Below, in pieces: positions 24,490 to 37,569 of a stretch of 64,000 nucleotides of DNA. The stretch spans positions 122,452,001 through 122,516,000 of the forward strand of contig CM059431.1 of NCBI GenBank assembly GCA_030390025.1. The letters run 5' to 3'. Source of the DNA: Squalus acanthias. Its lineage: Eukaryota. Position 1 is the first letter of the stretch, and each line of letters begins with the position of its first letter. Position numbers and translations under genes: made by a program. Below the pieces are notes generated by a model. That model had not been told where the DNA came from and searched no databases. It was given only the letters and a program-made list of their open reading frames with translations.

Positions 24490-24685
24490 AAATAACAACA
24501 GAAAACGCTGGAAAAACTTAGCAGGACAGGCAGCATCCGTGGAGAAAGAAACAGAGCTAATGTTTCAGGTCGAAGACCCTTTGTCAGAACTGGAAAAAAG
24601 CAGGAAATGAAATAGATTTAAGGCAAGTATAATGCTGGGAAAAGGGGGAGGAGATGAAAGACCAAAGGAGAAGGCAGGAGAGACT
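24490..24685 (-). mobile_element. Penelope-like 3' repeat fragment with a degenerate hammerhead (CTGACAA)
   Basis: Matches the 6003 and 29660 repeat; preceded by a pyrimidine-rich tract at 24200-24480. Confidence 0.7.
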
Positions 24686-24689
24686 AACT

Positions 24690-26000
24690 GGACTAAAATT
24701 CCAGTATTTTTCCTGAGTTGGCAAGTATATTGGGGTTAATTCCACAATCATGTGCTCCCAGCACAGAACAGTGCTCACACACAGCACAGCCCATGATTTT
24801 CTATTAGTTAAAATTAATGGACAGCAAACCATAGGCTGCAGGGCAGCAATTTACTGAGCTGCCACTTCCTGCTCATCACTGGGAGTACACCATTCTAGAA
24901 TCAGCCCTTCTGGGCATTGTAAGTCCTTTGAAAACTAAAGTGCCAGTTACCAAGCTCAGTGCAGGAAGACCAGTAAACATTGGGGAGCAGATCCAAAGGC
25001 ATGTTTAGGAAATAAAGCTATGACAGCAAACGACTGGGGGTTGGTGGGGGGAACCCTCATAGCAGCATCAGCAGGAGAGGCAGTATACTTAAAGCCAGGA
25101 GGTAACAGGCTTTGGGTTGGTGGCCTACGCTCACCAGGAGAGTTGAACAGACAGTTGACGCCAGAGCAGCAGAAGAGTCATTAAATGGTGAGGACAAGTA
25201 GGCTGGGAAGAGGGGAGGGGATGGAGGGGGTGAAGAGGAGGCAGTAGGTCTGGGCAGGAGGCAATAGCGGGCTTGGTGGCAGTGGAAACAGGAAGCAGGG
25301 GCAAAGGCTCAGAATTGGGCAGGCGGCAGGAGAAGCCCAACAACTTTAATAAAACTGAAATAAAAGTCAATGAAACTTAAACTATTTTAAAATGAAACTT
25401 TTAAATTGAAGTGGGAAGAAGGCTTAGAGGCAATTGAAAGCAGACAGGCATCAGGAGAGGAGTGGAAGTTAGTAAAATTTAAATAAATTTAAAATAAAAC
25501 TCATAAATTTTAAGTAAAACTTACCTGCAGGGAACATAGCAGCCCAGAGAATTTAAAAGTAAATATAAGGTTTAGATAAAATTTAGCTGCAGAAATGGAC
25601 CTGAGAGGCAGAGCTTGGAGGCTGTAACAGTGCCACTAAGCATTGGGAAGACTGGAAGATAAGTATAACACCAAGGAAACAGAAACAGATCTTACAGTCC
25701 TTTATAGGTTAAAAGGAATAACAGGGATTATGCTCGGCTGTGACAGATCACCTAGCTGAGTCTCTTCTGGCATTGGATCATGTCTGCCACCAGCTTTCCC
25801 TGATAGCTTCGACACTGGGCATTGCATCCCATGATCCCCAGTTAAAATCACATTGGGGTTCGACGATGACATTCGGATCCCGGCATTTCCACATTTGTGA
25901 GGCCCCGCCTGTCTGTGTCGGGTGGCCTCAACACTCCTAAAAACCCAGGAGTTAAAATGGAGGGGGCGGGGGGCACGAACTACAGGTTAAAATTAGGTCT
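24690..26000. mobile_element. Probable older Harbinger-type non-autonomous element(s)
   Basis: GGACTAAAATT start and GGTTAAAATTAGGTC end; G-rich and AT-rich blocks; ends unclear. Confidence 0.4.
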
Positions 26001-26517
26001 GCAGTGACAAAAGGTAAGCCAAACAGTGAAAAAAATAAGCTAAATGAATGGGTAAATGTTAAACAGGCATAAGACAGTTTGAGATTTTGTCATGGTAAAG
26101 TTTTGCTTATTTGATCAACAGTAAGTCTCACCGAACTGTGGTATTTGCAAAACTTCATAAATGATCAAATACATATTGGAGGGTAGATTTGCAGAATCTT
26201 CACTCGTTGTTACATACCTTGTATGGCGTGAGCACACATCGGAAAATTGTGGGTTGTTGCTCACAATTTTCTGATGTGTGCTTGTGGAATGCACGGTGCT
26301 TTGTGGTGTGTGAGGGCTTGGAAATTCTATCCTCGGATGTGTTCCTTCACAAATTACATCTGATAATCAGCACTGGTTTACGGCGCTAGGCATTGATTCA
26401 GAAATGATCTTGGAGAAGAATGTTATTCTGGTTAATGTGCTATTCAGCGATTTCCAGCTATCAATTGAGAATTGTTCATAACTATAAAGAGATTTAAACA
26501 TGATCATTAAACATAAT

Positions 26518-27255
26518 GGTCGAGAGTTTCCACTTTGGGCGCAATCGGTGATCCGGGTGCAAATTGCGCTTAAAATTGCGTTCGTTTAACTAAGTGTTTT
26601 TTTGCTCAAGTTTCTGCTCAAACTCATTTACATAGCTCCAAACGTAAAATCTTCCATGAACCAGCGCAATCAGGCACGTGTTTTAGAACAGAATTTACTT
26701 TTTAAAATTTGCGTTAAAAAATATTTCTCGACAAATTCAAGAGTGGTAACCTGGTGCAGTTTCTTTAATACAGCCGAAAATGGATTTAATACAAAAACTA
26801 AGCAGTTTTAATCAGAGTGCCTCCTCCACCCACTGTGAGTAACCCAATTTTAAATAACTGAAAATGACTTTAAAAACTATACATTGCCTGGTTAGATTGG
26901 TGTACAGTAGTCAGTTTCTTAGTAAATTAAATTTAAAAAATATTTTAAAGCTTTTGAAAGGTCAATGTCCTTGCACCTAAAAAAGCTTAATTTTAGGAGC
27001 CTCCTCGAAGGCCTGCAAACGGCCGCAATTAGCAGAAACTCATCATCGTGATTAATTCGATCGGGGCGTGGCCAGTTTTGTGGGTGGGGCTGGCTTCTAG
27101 CGTGGTGTTTTTTAAACTAGCGCAAAGATCGCGGAAACTCGATTTGCGCTGAACGTAATTTGCGCTTAAAATTCCGCGATCTTTTGTGTTGGTTTTGCTG
27201 ATTTCTGGTGAATTACCCTGAAAACACCAGCGCAACCTAGCGGAAAGTCCAGGCC
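26518..27255. mobile_element. Harbinger-type MITE
   Basis: AAT TSD on both sides; TIRs GGTCGAGAGTTTCC / GGAAAGTCCAGGCC; repeated GCGCAA/TTGCGC subterminal motifs. Confidence 0.85.
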
Positions 27256-27439
27256 AATGATTTAAGTGTGATTACTGACCAAGTTTAGTCTATTTGAAGT
27301 TTTTATGAAAGGTTCCAGTCAATTTGAAACTATTATCAAGAAAGCAAATCATTTATTTTGATGTGTTTTGAGTGCCTAAGAAGAAGAAGCTGAAACAAAT
27401 TATTCTAATCTTGCCTGGAACACTAGTAGGCAGGTCACA

Positions 27440-29330
27440 TTTGGAATATTCTAAGCAGTTTTTCCTAATGTTCAAAAAGATACTGATGCATTGGCAAGAA
27501 TTTAGACAAGTGCAACAATGCTGATTCCAGGATTTAGGGCTTTGAAGAGACAGAGCTTGGCGAAAAGAAACATAGGAGGTATATGATTCAAGTTTTTAAA
27601 GAGCTGATGAAGGGATAATTACTAGTCCTAGCCCTTCTCGGGCTACCCCAGATCAGGTGTATTCCCAAACGTTCACCTTCAATTAAAGTTAGCGGTAGCC
27701 AAATCCTAGAGATGCTTAATTGGGTCTAAAGGTTCAGACTATCTCTCCCTAAAGGAAAGGAACAGCCTGAAGATGTTACCGTCCTCCGGATAGCACTTTT
27801 AACAAGTTTAACTAGACTGTAACCTTCTGGACATTATGAGGGTCCGGAAAACCCTCCAGAATTCTGCAACTCCTCACAGAAGAGTGTACAGAAATTGAGT
27901 TCGCGAGATTGATACAGAAATTACTCTGTGAGACAATTCTAAAAATATATAGTTTTATTAAAGAACTGACATTTAGTTTAACAGCTGTTGATTTCAATCG
28001 CAACTTTAACAGTCCAAAATACAAATAGCTTACATTTCTTATCAGAGATCCTTATTCTCAAATCTTAACTTCATTACATTTCCACACTTCTACTTATTTC
28101 TTAATCCAGAATATCCACCAAAATCAAATACCTCGATCAGCCGAGACTCAAAGAGTTGTAGGCCTACAGAGTGGTTCTGAAGGCGAGAATCGCTTGCCTT
28201 TCCAGCGACTTCTGTTTTCTCATTTGAAAATCCCTATTTTTATACCTTTTTTTAGCGGTTTATCCTTTGAAGTTTTCTGCTGATGTAAGCTAATTATCTC
28301 TAGCCATACCTCTGTTGACTTCTTTCTATTCTTACTATCATTTCAGCTGCCAACTTTTAGAATCCTGTCTGCTGTATAGGTGTTTCAAAAACTTATCATA
28401 AAATATGGTATAACAGATTTATCTATTTGATGCCATTCTTCGGCAGGTTTTCCATTGAATTATTAAATCACTTTAGCTGCTTGTATTACAGACGTCGTGT
28501 CTCCATGTGTTCCAAGTTCAACACATAAACAATGTGATTGCTTGGTTCATCTATTGGTGTAATATTTTCAAAGTGTTCTGTAGGTATCTTTTACAACATG
28601 TAAATTAAAAACACTTCATCTAGGATGTTTGTTTTCCAAGCCATCTTAGTTGGTTATAAATATATATTTTTGTTTCCTGTTTCATTTGATGTTACTTTTA
28701 CAAAGGCACATGGTTTTTTAATGTTCTGTTTTCCTGTTCGATGTGTTAGATTTCAACATTTTACTTGGGCATTGCTATTGTTTTGGTTCCAAACTACAGA
28801 CTCCTTGGAACCAGCTCTTTGCTTCTTCAATAGGCCATTGTGTTAGTATTTACAACCATTTCCCATTTCAAAAGCTTGTGTGGTGTTTACAACTGTTGTG
28901 TTAACACTTCATCTTATCTTAGAAGCCTGTGTTCTGTTTGCAGCCTGTTTTGTTGAGGCTTTTAGATTTTTAACCCCAGTTTGTCATGTTTTAATAAAGC
29001 TAGAATTCTGTTCATAGGATGGTGTATTTTTCTGAATAGGTTTGGCTCATTCCATTACACTGAGAGGCACAGGCAATGTTGAAATCAACAGGTTATTTAG
29101 TTTAGATCATGGGTGCAGCACTAGGATTACAAACAGTAAAATTAACGAGCATCAAGAGATTTTGGAGATTTAATGATTTCCCCCCCCCCACAAAGTATTA
29201 GATTTCTGGAATGGACTCCAAACAAAAAAGGTTAATGTTATGGTAGTTTCCTCATTAAAAAAAAAAATATCTGGATCAAAATCTGTTTAGGAATTGGGTT
29301 GAAGATTACAAGGTATAGGTAGAGTAGATT
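27440..29330 (+). mobile_element. Old CR1 3' fragment interrupted by a solo LTR
   Basis: ...ggaggtatatgattcaagtttttaaagagctga|gaggcacagg... reads as the CR1 'GDMIQVFK' tail once the LTR is removed. Confidence 0.65.
27608..29059 (-). mobile_element. Solo LTR (family A, copy 2)
   Basis: TG...CA termini; perfect CTGA TSD; reverse complement of 11830-13261. Confidence 0.9.
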
Positions 29331-30009
29331 AAATCCTCCACAGGAAACAATGGTTTCTGTGATAATAAGGCCAAAAAAACACAAACTTGAAAGATTTAGA
29401 AAAGTTAACTATAGATGAAATCATTCTGGTATCAATTGATTGATAATCTCCAGAACGATTATGTGGGGAAAAATCCTGTGGGCACAATCTCATAGGAATT
29501 AGAAATCTCACTCTAATGTTTGTCTGTCTATATTTGGTCCATTCATCTCTCTTGTCTTTCATCCTTCTTAACAAAGTTCAAAGTTGCTGTAGCTTTTAGT
29601 CACCCACTGTTCAGGTCTATCTTTCTAGTCGTGGGTCTGCAGCAACTGGGTAACTATAATAACAACAGAAAATGCTGGAAGCACTCAGCAGGTCAAGCAG
29701 CATCCGTGGAGAGAGAAACAGAGTTAATGGGCTGGATTTTGTCAGTGTGGGCGGGCTAGGGCCTTATCAGGTGGAAATCATGTCAGGACCCTGACTCCTA
29801 AGTGATGTGTTGAAAAAGTGAGATTTTCCCCTAATTGGGCAATTGATTTCCTGCGTGTGGGAACCACTGGCCCAATGAGTCTTTTCATACAAAAAGTCGC
29901 TTCCGATGACATCATCAATTCTGTTGGATTTAAGGCCTGCAAGCAGCCTTGCTTCTTCTGGAGACTGGAAATGCTTTGGACATTGTATGAAGGACTTCAT
30001 TTACCAACC

Positions 30010-32072
30010 ATGTCCACCAGCAAGCAAAAGTGTGCACCTCGCTTTGATGAGCCCTCCCTCCAAGCTCTGGTGCAGGGAGCAAGATCTAATAAGGAGGTGC
30101 TCTTCCCTTCCTCAGGGAGAAAAAAGCCACCACAACAGACTAAAGCTGTGTGGCTGCAAGTGGCCCAGGAGGTCAATGCCATCTCTATGTGCCGCAGAAC
30201 CTGGCTGCAGTGCAGGAAGAGGTTTCATGACCTTCTCCGCACAGGAAAAGTGAGTATGACTTTCCCATCACCCTCAATCTGATCCCCATCGCCTCTCCTC
30301 ACCAGCACTCAGCTTTGCCAACCCCTTCCTCCACATCCCACTTGTGATTTCAAATAAAGCTGTTGGGCTATAACCTGGTGTTGTGCGACTTCTCACATTT
30401 GTCCACCCCAGTCCAGTACCGGCATCAACACATCATCCAACTTGACACTGACATCCCTGCACCCTTACCCATTCCCCCTCTCTCTATGGGCACATTCACT
30501 TAACTATTCGAACATGCAGCCCTCACTCTCCCTATCACTGTGATGCAATGACAACAACTTACAACACACAGGAAGGGCCCTTTGTCTCCTTCTAAGCATC
30601 TATGCTATGGATTCTCTACACTCACTCCTTCATTCTCACTGATTCTCCACTTGTGTCCCTCATTGCAGGAAAAGAGAGCCCACAATAAGAGGGAAAGAGT
30701 GAGGACAGGAGGAGGGCCACCCTCAGTAGCCCAGCTCACCACCTCGGAGGAGGCGGCCCTGGAAATTGCCAGGATTGAGGAGGATTCCCAAGTGAGGGAC
30801 GGACAGGCAGGTGCATCAAAGCAAGCTGGTGACAGAATAGTTTGGCATCTCTCTCATTGACATTGCATGAGTGACTGATAATGATTCTGATGCTCTAACA
30901 GATTGACTTATGATCATCTGCACAATCCAATGTGCATGCAACCTTTACCTCACATCTCTAACTCTTTCTTTTACTCCCCCACAGGACCATCGAGAGCCCC
31001 CATCCGCACTGTCCAGCAGGAAGCGCCTGAGCTTCCAGACTCCTCAGAGGAAGCTACAACCTCTGAGGGCGCTCCGTCAGCAGAATTAAGCACACCCTGC
31101 ACCAGCGCAGACACTCACACCTCGGTGGGACCTTCGGGACATAGAGTAGAGTTGTCACCTGGTGTATCACAGCTCACAAGTGAGCATCAGCAGATGGTGG
31201 AGACAGGGACAGCAATGGAGAGTCCTTGTCGCAGTGGAGAGGACGCTCCCAGCTCGGCTCCGCTGCATGTCGACCCTGTGCCTCCGGGTCCATCCAGAAG
31301 GAGAGCGGTGCTGGAACTCCAGGAACAGGTGCAGGAGTCTCTGGCAGGTTTTGTCTCCAGGGTCGCTGCGAGTGTGGAGCAAAAGGAGGAGTCCATCGCT
31401 AACATGAGCAGAGCCTTTGTGGAGGCATTGGCGCATGAACACATCACCACGGATAGGATAGCAACCTCCTAGGAAAGGATGGCTACCTCCATGGTAAGGC
31501 TGGCTACCGTAGAGGAGAGGATGGCTGCGTCCATGGAGGAGCTTAGTCGCCAGGGTATTGAAAACATTGTAATTGTTCGGAATAGACAGACATCTCTTGA
31601 GGAGCGTTGGTCAGCTATTGAGCAAACAAACCAGACCTTCATGCAAGTCCTCTGGAGTAGGACTTCCAGTGCAGAAATGGGTCCTCATGGCCCCCCTGCA
31701 GTGCAGCAAGGTGCTGTCCAGCCACTTGCTAGTTCTGAAGTGGGGCTGACCCATGAGAGGGATGTTGGTGGCATACAACAAGGAAGTGGGGGCTCCTCTC
31801 CAAGCGCTCACACGACCATGCCACTGCAGAGCCCTCGGTCAGAGCCCCACCAGAGTCCCCACCCAACTGAGATCGGCGTCTCATCCCCTGCACAGCCGCA
31901 GGAGCAGCAGACTGTTGCCGATGCCTCACAGGTTCGCAACCCCAGAGGACGCCCGCCAAAGGTGTCGAGACAGGAGCAGCAAGAAAGTGAGCAAGGGGCC
32001 TCCACATCTGCTGAAGCCACAGGGGAAGCACCAAGTAGGAACACGCGTAAGAGGAAGATAATGCACAAGTAG
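30010..32072 (+). pseudogene. Myb/SANT-like gene of H6: exons 30010-30249, 30669-30828, 30985-32072, with one in-frame TAG at 31470-31472
   Basis: APRFDEPSLQALVQG...WLQVAQEVNA..RTWLQCRKRFHDL; GT-AG introns in phases 0 and 1; heptad-like repeats; PRGRPP AT-hook. Confidence 0.88.
30340..30435 (+). repeat. Penelope-like terminal fragment in Myb intron 1
   Basis: Near-identical to 57680-57772. Confidence 0.8.
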
Positions 32073-33209
32073 TCACAAGGGTAGTCACTTGGGTGTAATC
32101 TTGTGTTTAATTTTGAAAAGCCATCAGTTGCTTATTGTCATAAAAATTTCTGATGGCAAACTTGCAGTTGTGGCGTGTGTCATTTCGCTAATGGGACTTC
32201 CACATTGAGGGCTTAGGGCGACTTGCAATTGTCAGTATGGTGGTCGGAGTGATAGGAATCCGTAGGTTCTTGGCCATTGTCGATGCTCTGATAAGAAGGT
32301 GCGAGGCAAAAGTGTTTGATTGTGCAGGCTAAGCAAATCTGGCCAAGATGAGTGCGTCCCTTGCATCCCGGGCAGCAATGTGGTCGCGTGCTGGCACCTT
32401 CTGGCCTGTGCAGCTTCAGGTGGGTGAGCAGCTCCTGTTGTTGCTGTTGCTGTTGGTGGTGCTGTTGTTCATGGTTCTGCAGCTGCCACGGCTGGTCTTC
32501 GTCTGAATCTGATGTCCAGGAGGAAAGGAAATAAATAGTTCCCATGCTTCTGGTATATGCCTCAGTTGAGGAAGCGCTCATTCAAGGTGGCGAGAGGGGT
32601 TTCCCAGGAGGTCACACTGGAGATGGGTGTCAGGCTCCAAACTTCCACAACAATGGGTATGCCTGCTAAAAGTTCCCCCAGACCTGAGACAACAAAGTTC
32701 TGCCACCTGCAAATGATGATTGGTGAAAACTCCTTTTTAATGGTGGAGCTGCAGCTGTTAGTAAGCAGTCCACTTGTGAGGCCGCCAGGATTCACTGGCG
32801 TGTATCAGAGGAGAAGTGCAGGACGTGGGAAAAGTTGTAAAATCAGAAAGGCCTCTCAAAATGGGATTATAGAGGCACTTAACTGGTTGTTAAGGGACTA
32901 TCCCACCTCTTGGAGGCGGGATGGAAACGGGGTCAGAAATCTCGCATTTGGGAAAATTGCTCGGAGGCGGGTTGGAGGCGGTATTGGGCCCGCCCACCAT
33001 ATTTTGCGATTTTACCACCTCACACGCCTCCAATCCCGCCTCCTCGGGCCTGGCAAAATCGAGCCCAATGTTTCAGGTCAGGGACCCTTCATCAGCACTG
33101 GAAAAGGCTAGAGATGTAACAGATTTTAAGCAGGTGCTGAGGAAGGGAAAGGGGGAGGGGAGGGGAGGAAGGAACATTCTGTGCTGGGGTAGGAGGCAGG
33201 AGAGATTAA

Positions 33210-33886
33210 GGGCAGAATTTTCATTGACCCATGGAGGTGGGTTTGGAGGCATGTGGGGGGTTAAAATTGCGAAAACTGGCGGGCGGGCACAAGCCCGTCT
33301 CCATCCCGTCTCCATGCAATTTTCATTAAATCGTGTCTGCTGGTCCCGACTTCGTCCCACCTCTAAGAGGCGGGATAGGCTGTTAAGGCCCTTAACAAGC
33401 ATTAAATTACCTCTGTAATGCCATTTTGATTTTAAGCCTTTTTCTCCGTGAAGCACGCCTGTTTTGAACCACGAATGTGAAACCTGGCGGGAGTACATTT
33501 CGATGATGATGATGGATGATGGAGATGACGACAACGACGACGATGACGACAATGACGATGAGGAGAGGAGGAAAATATCTGGGATGGTGGAACAAAAATA
33601 TCTGGGAGCAGACTTAGGGCTGCTGCTGCTCATTTTGCCTCCAGGTCCTCTCACAGCAAAGGCCAGGCAGTCTTTGCAGACCTTCAATGCAGCAGCAATG
33701 ATGACATCATCAGAGGCGACTTTCAGACTGAAAACACTAATTGGGTCATGGGTTCCCACATGCTGGAACTCAATTGCCCAATTAGGTGAAAATCGTATCA
33801 ATCTCCCACATCCAATTGCAGTCGGGTAGATAACACGAAAAGTGGATGACACGACCCCAACCCGCCCCAGTATCAAAATCCAGCCC
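33210..33886. mobile_element. MITE related to H6, opposite orientation
   Basis: TAA TSD; TIRs GGGCAGAATTTTC / CAAAATCCAGCCC; both arms resemble H6 subtermini; internal (GAY)n tract. Confidence 0.88.
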
Positions 33887-33944
33887 TAAATGTTGCAAAT
33901 GGGGATGGCAAAATCATAAACAGTCTGAAAAATGGGGGCAGGGG

Positions 33945-34802
33945 TTATTGTCTAAAATTGTTGAATTCAATGTTGAGTCCAGAAGGCTGTAAAGTGCCTA
34001 ATCGAAAGATGAGGTGCTGTTCCTTGAGCTTATGTTGAGCTTCATTGGAACAGTGTAAGAGGCCGAGGACGGTGAGGTTAGAGTGGGAGTGGAGCGGAGA
34101 ATTAAAGTGACAGGCGACTGGAAGCTCGGACTCCCCCTTACGGACTGAACGGAGGTGTTCCGCAAAGCGGTCGCCCAATCTGCGTTTGGTCTCCCCAATG
34201 TAGAGGAGACCGCATCGTGAGCAGCAAATACAGTATACTAAATTGCAAGAAGCACAAGTAAATTGTTGTTTCACCTGGAAGGGGTGTTTGGGGCCCTGGA
34301 CAGTGGGAAGGGAGGAGGTAAAAGCGCTGGTGTTGCATCTCCTGCACTTGCACGGGAAGGGGCCGGGCGAAGGGGAAGGGCTGTTGGGGGTGATTGAGGA
34401 GTGGACCAGGGTTTCGCGGAGGGAGCGGTCCCTTTGGAATGCTGAAAGGGGAGGTGAGGGGAAGATGCGTTTGGTGGTGGGATCACGATGGAGGTGGCGG
34501 AAATGGTGGAGGATGATCCGTTGAATGTGGAGGCTGGTGGGGTGAAAGGTGAGGATAAGGGGAACCCTATCGTGGTTCTGGGAGGGAGGGGAAGGGGTGA
34601 GAGCAGAAGTGCGGGAAATGGAACGGACAAAGTCAAGGGCCGTGTCAACCACAGTAGAGGGGAATCCTCGGTTGAGGAAAAAGGAAGATATATCGGAAGC
34701 ACTGGTATGGAAGGTGGCATCGTCAGAACAGATGCGGCGGAGACAGAGAAATTGGGAGAATGGAATAAAGTCTGGAAGCGGGGTGGGAGGAAGTGTAGTC
34801 AA
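33945..34802 (-). pseudogene. Penelope-like RT C-terminus + GIY-YIG endonuclease (5'-truncated)
   Basis: IPFSQFLCLRRICS...NLVYCICCSRCGLLYIGETKRRLGDRFAEH...LGTLQPSGLN. Confidence 0.92.
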
Positions 34803-35724
34803 GGTAGCTGTGGGAGTCAGTGGGCTTCTAGTGGGTAACTATAATCTTGACTCTTCTGTTGTGTGCATACAATAAATGGTACAATACTAAATAGTTATAT
34901 ATTTTTTTTGTGCTTGTCAAAATGGAAAGCAGTATTTGAAAGGTGATGATGTGACAGATGTAGCTATCTTTACCCATGTTCTAAAACAAAGTGAACAAAT
35001 TGCATGTGTGGCCTGATAGGCCTGCTGCCATCGTGATGCCTTATGTCAGCTGTACCGGTTCTTCCCCTCTACCGTCAGCCGAGGTAGGAAAATTTGAGTG
35101 AATAAAAGGTTCAGATGGTACCATGAAGGGCTGTATTGAAGAATGGTAAATTACTGGAGAGGATGGCTCTGAATGTCAAAAGAAACTTTATCAACGTGCA
35201 GCCTGATGCAGAAAGGTTACATGACAACACTACTCTCTGCAGTGTTTTATAGCATGTGAAATATCTGCTTTTCTCTGTGAGTTTAATAAAATGCTATTCA
35301 ACAATTTAAGGGATTAAGGGTCTGTACTGTAACTGGTATTAATCCTATAACCTGTTAATATTCGTCCTATAACTGCACCCAAAATCCCTCTGCACTGAAC
35401 AAGGTGCGGTTAAGCTCCCCAGTTGATGTTACTTTTTACAGGTTCCATCTCTCCCTATCTCCTTTGAATCTGGCTTGAACTCAGGTTCTGTGTGAGGGTG
35501 ATAACTCTGAACTGGGAACCTCAGTCAGAGCCAATCTATATTTTGACTTCAAATGTCAAAACCGGCCGGCACAGGCCAACCTCAACCAAATCGAGAGATC
35601 ACACAAAAGGCAACGGCCTCGGTGTTTAGGGCAGTTCTCGCAGGGCACATCATCCTAAACTCCACTCATCACCAACATTTCTAGACCACACCCTGAGCTC
35701 GAACTCAATAAAGGAGTTTAGATA

Positions 35725-35960
35725 GAGTGATAGAAATACAGCACAGGAAAAGGCCATTCGCCCCCCAGTTCCTGTGTTCTCTCCTGCAACCCAATCCCTC
35801 CCCCCCGACCCTTTTATATTCCTCCTTTTCAAATACTTATTCCATTCTCTTTTAAATGATGTTCTAGTCTCTGTCTTAATAGCATCTAGTAGCCCTCCGT
35901 TCAAAAACCTACCTTCTCCGTTCCCTCTTGGTTCTTCCAATGTTAATCCTTAGCCTCAAC
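35725..35960 (-). mobile_element. CR1 3' tail fragment
   Basis: Reverse-complement tail (cacaggaaaaggccattcg...) and the 'TSFKREWNKYLK' motif. Confidence 0.7.
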
Positions 35961-36954
35961 ACCTTTGTTCCCCATTCGTCCACCAGTGGAAACAATCCTT
36001 CACTGTTTATCCACAGTCCCCAGTTTTTACTCACCCCTTTCCCGGCTCTGTAGGACATGCTGGGCCCCATGTCATTTCCTAGTCTCCCTCTCTCTTCTGA
36101 CCCCTAAACCTCCATCCCGACACCCATTCGGCAGTCTCCCTCGCTCCCCCGAGCCCCAGTCCCCTGACATCCACCCTCACCAGTCCCCGGTCACCCACTC
36201 TTCCAGCCCCACCCCCCACCCGAACCCTAATACCCGACTCCCGGCAATCAGCCGGTTCCATTTCTAGCCAACCTAAAGCAGAGGGGCCAGCTCTCTGCAC
36301 CGGCTGGGCTGACATCACGGAGCAGAAGGGAGTGGGGGTGGGGTGGGGGGGGTGGACAGCAAGAGATTTAAAGCACAAAGTTCTCCCAGGCTGCCAGCAG
36401 CAGTGAAGATCCATGCTCCATTTCGGGAGACTCCCATGCAATCCGGGAAGGTTTGCAACCCTAATGCACACACACACACACACAAACAGACATTATCTTG
36501 TCCATTTTTCACAAAGTGAAAGACTTGCAATTATACAGCACCTGATTATGACTCTCAGAAATACCTCAAAACTCTTCACAGATTTTCCTAGATCTGCGCC
36601 CAGGCACACTAGATCACTTCAGTTCAGTGAATATTGGAATATTGGGCAGGTAGGAGCACCAGCCTGTTAAAGGAATCTGCCTAACTTTCCTCCATTATTG
36701 GAATATTGAGCAGGTTCTTTACAGCCACGCGCTCTGACCTACCTAGTTCTCTCATATTCGCTATGCCCAGAAAATCCAATGTTGCCTGTGTGCCAACGTA
36801 GGAACATATCCGCTAATTGCTTTTGATGTGCAGTCACCGTCGTTACACAAACAAATTTGTGCTCTTCGTTGAAAAGTGTCACAAAATCTTTAACATTCAC
36901 TTGAACAGGCGAATACCTTGTTTTAATGTCTCATCTGAAAGACTGTAAAGTATG

Positions 36955-37348
36955 AAAGATAGAGCTTGCATTTATATAGCGCCTTCCACAACCTCAGGAC
37001 GTCCCAAAGTGCTTTAGAGGTAATGATTACTTTTGAAGTGTAGTCACTGTTGTAATGTAGGGAAACGTGGCAGCGAATTTGCACACAGCAAGATCGCACT
37101 AACAGCACTGAGAAAATGCCCAGATAATCTGTTTTATTGATGTTGGTTGAGTGATAAATATTGGCCAGAACTCCCTTGCTCTTCTTCGAATAGTGCCGTG
37201 GGATCTTTTATGTCTACCTGAGAGGGCAGATGGAGCCTCGGTTTAACGTCTCATCCAAAAGACAGCACCTCTGACAGTGCAGCACTCCCTCTGTATTGGA
37301 CTGGAGTGTCAGCTTGGCTTATGTGCTCAAGTCCCTGGAGTGGGATTA
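36955..37348 (-). mobile_element. Deu-domain tRNA SINE (SacSINE1-like) with an L2-type tail
   Basis: Reverse complement of 56219-56680. Confidence 0.8.
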
Positions 37349-37569
37349 GAAATAGAAGCAATGGGCTAGATTTTCCTTTTGTCACCCATATAGAGTCAGA
37401 GCGAGACTGCCAGCCGCTGTCCAAACCCTGCCATAACACTGGTTCATTTTCTTGGGGAGTGCCATTTGCTATACCTGGGGGCCTTATGGTGCGATTCTCA
37501 CCAGCAAACTGAAGCCCGCCAGTGGCCCTCAGAGAAATGCCGAGGGTGCATTTGCACATGTCACTCAAG

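Larger units (their letters stand above)
29729..33066. mobile_element. Harbinger H6: Myb gene retained, transposase core deleted
   Basis: AAT TSD; TIRs GGGCTGGATTTTG / CAAAATCGAGCCC; only an N-terminal/poly-Q stub of the second ORF at ~32250-32545 (-). Confidence 0.9.
29660..34820 (-). mobile_element. Penelope-like retroelement 3' part, interrupted by two Harbinger elements
   Basis: Terminal repeat at 29660-29728 continues at 33067-33209; ORF tail at 33945-34802. Confidence 0.85.

Noticed and set aside
19707..24610. Recurrent ORFs in MITE family M as small genes
   Set aside because: They repeat only because the MITE repeats; frames and stops vary between copies and no domain is recognisable.
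11830..29059. A single 17-kb element or inversion bounded by the inverted LTRs
   Set aside because: Each LTR has its own separate TSD and sits in its own CR1 host.
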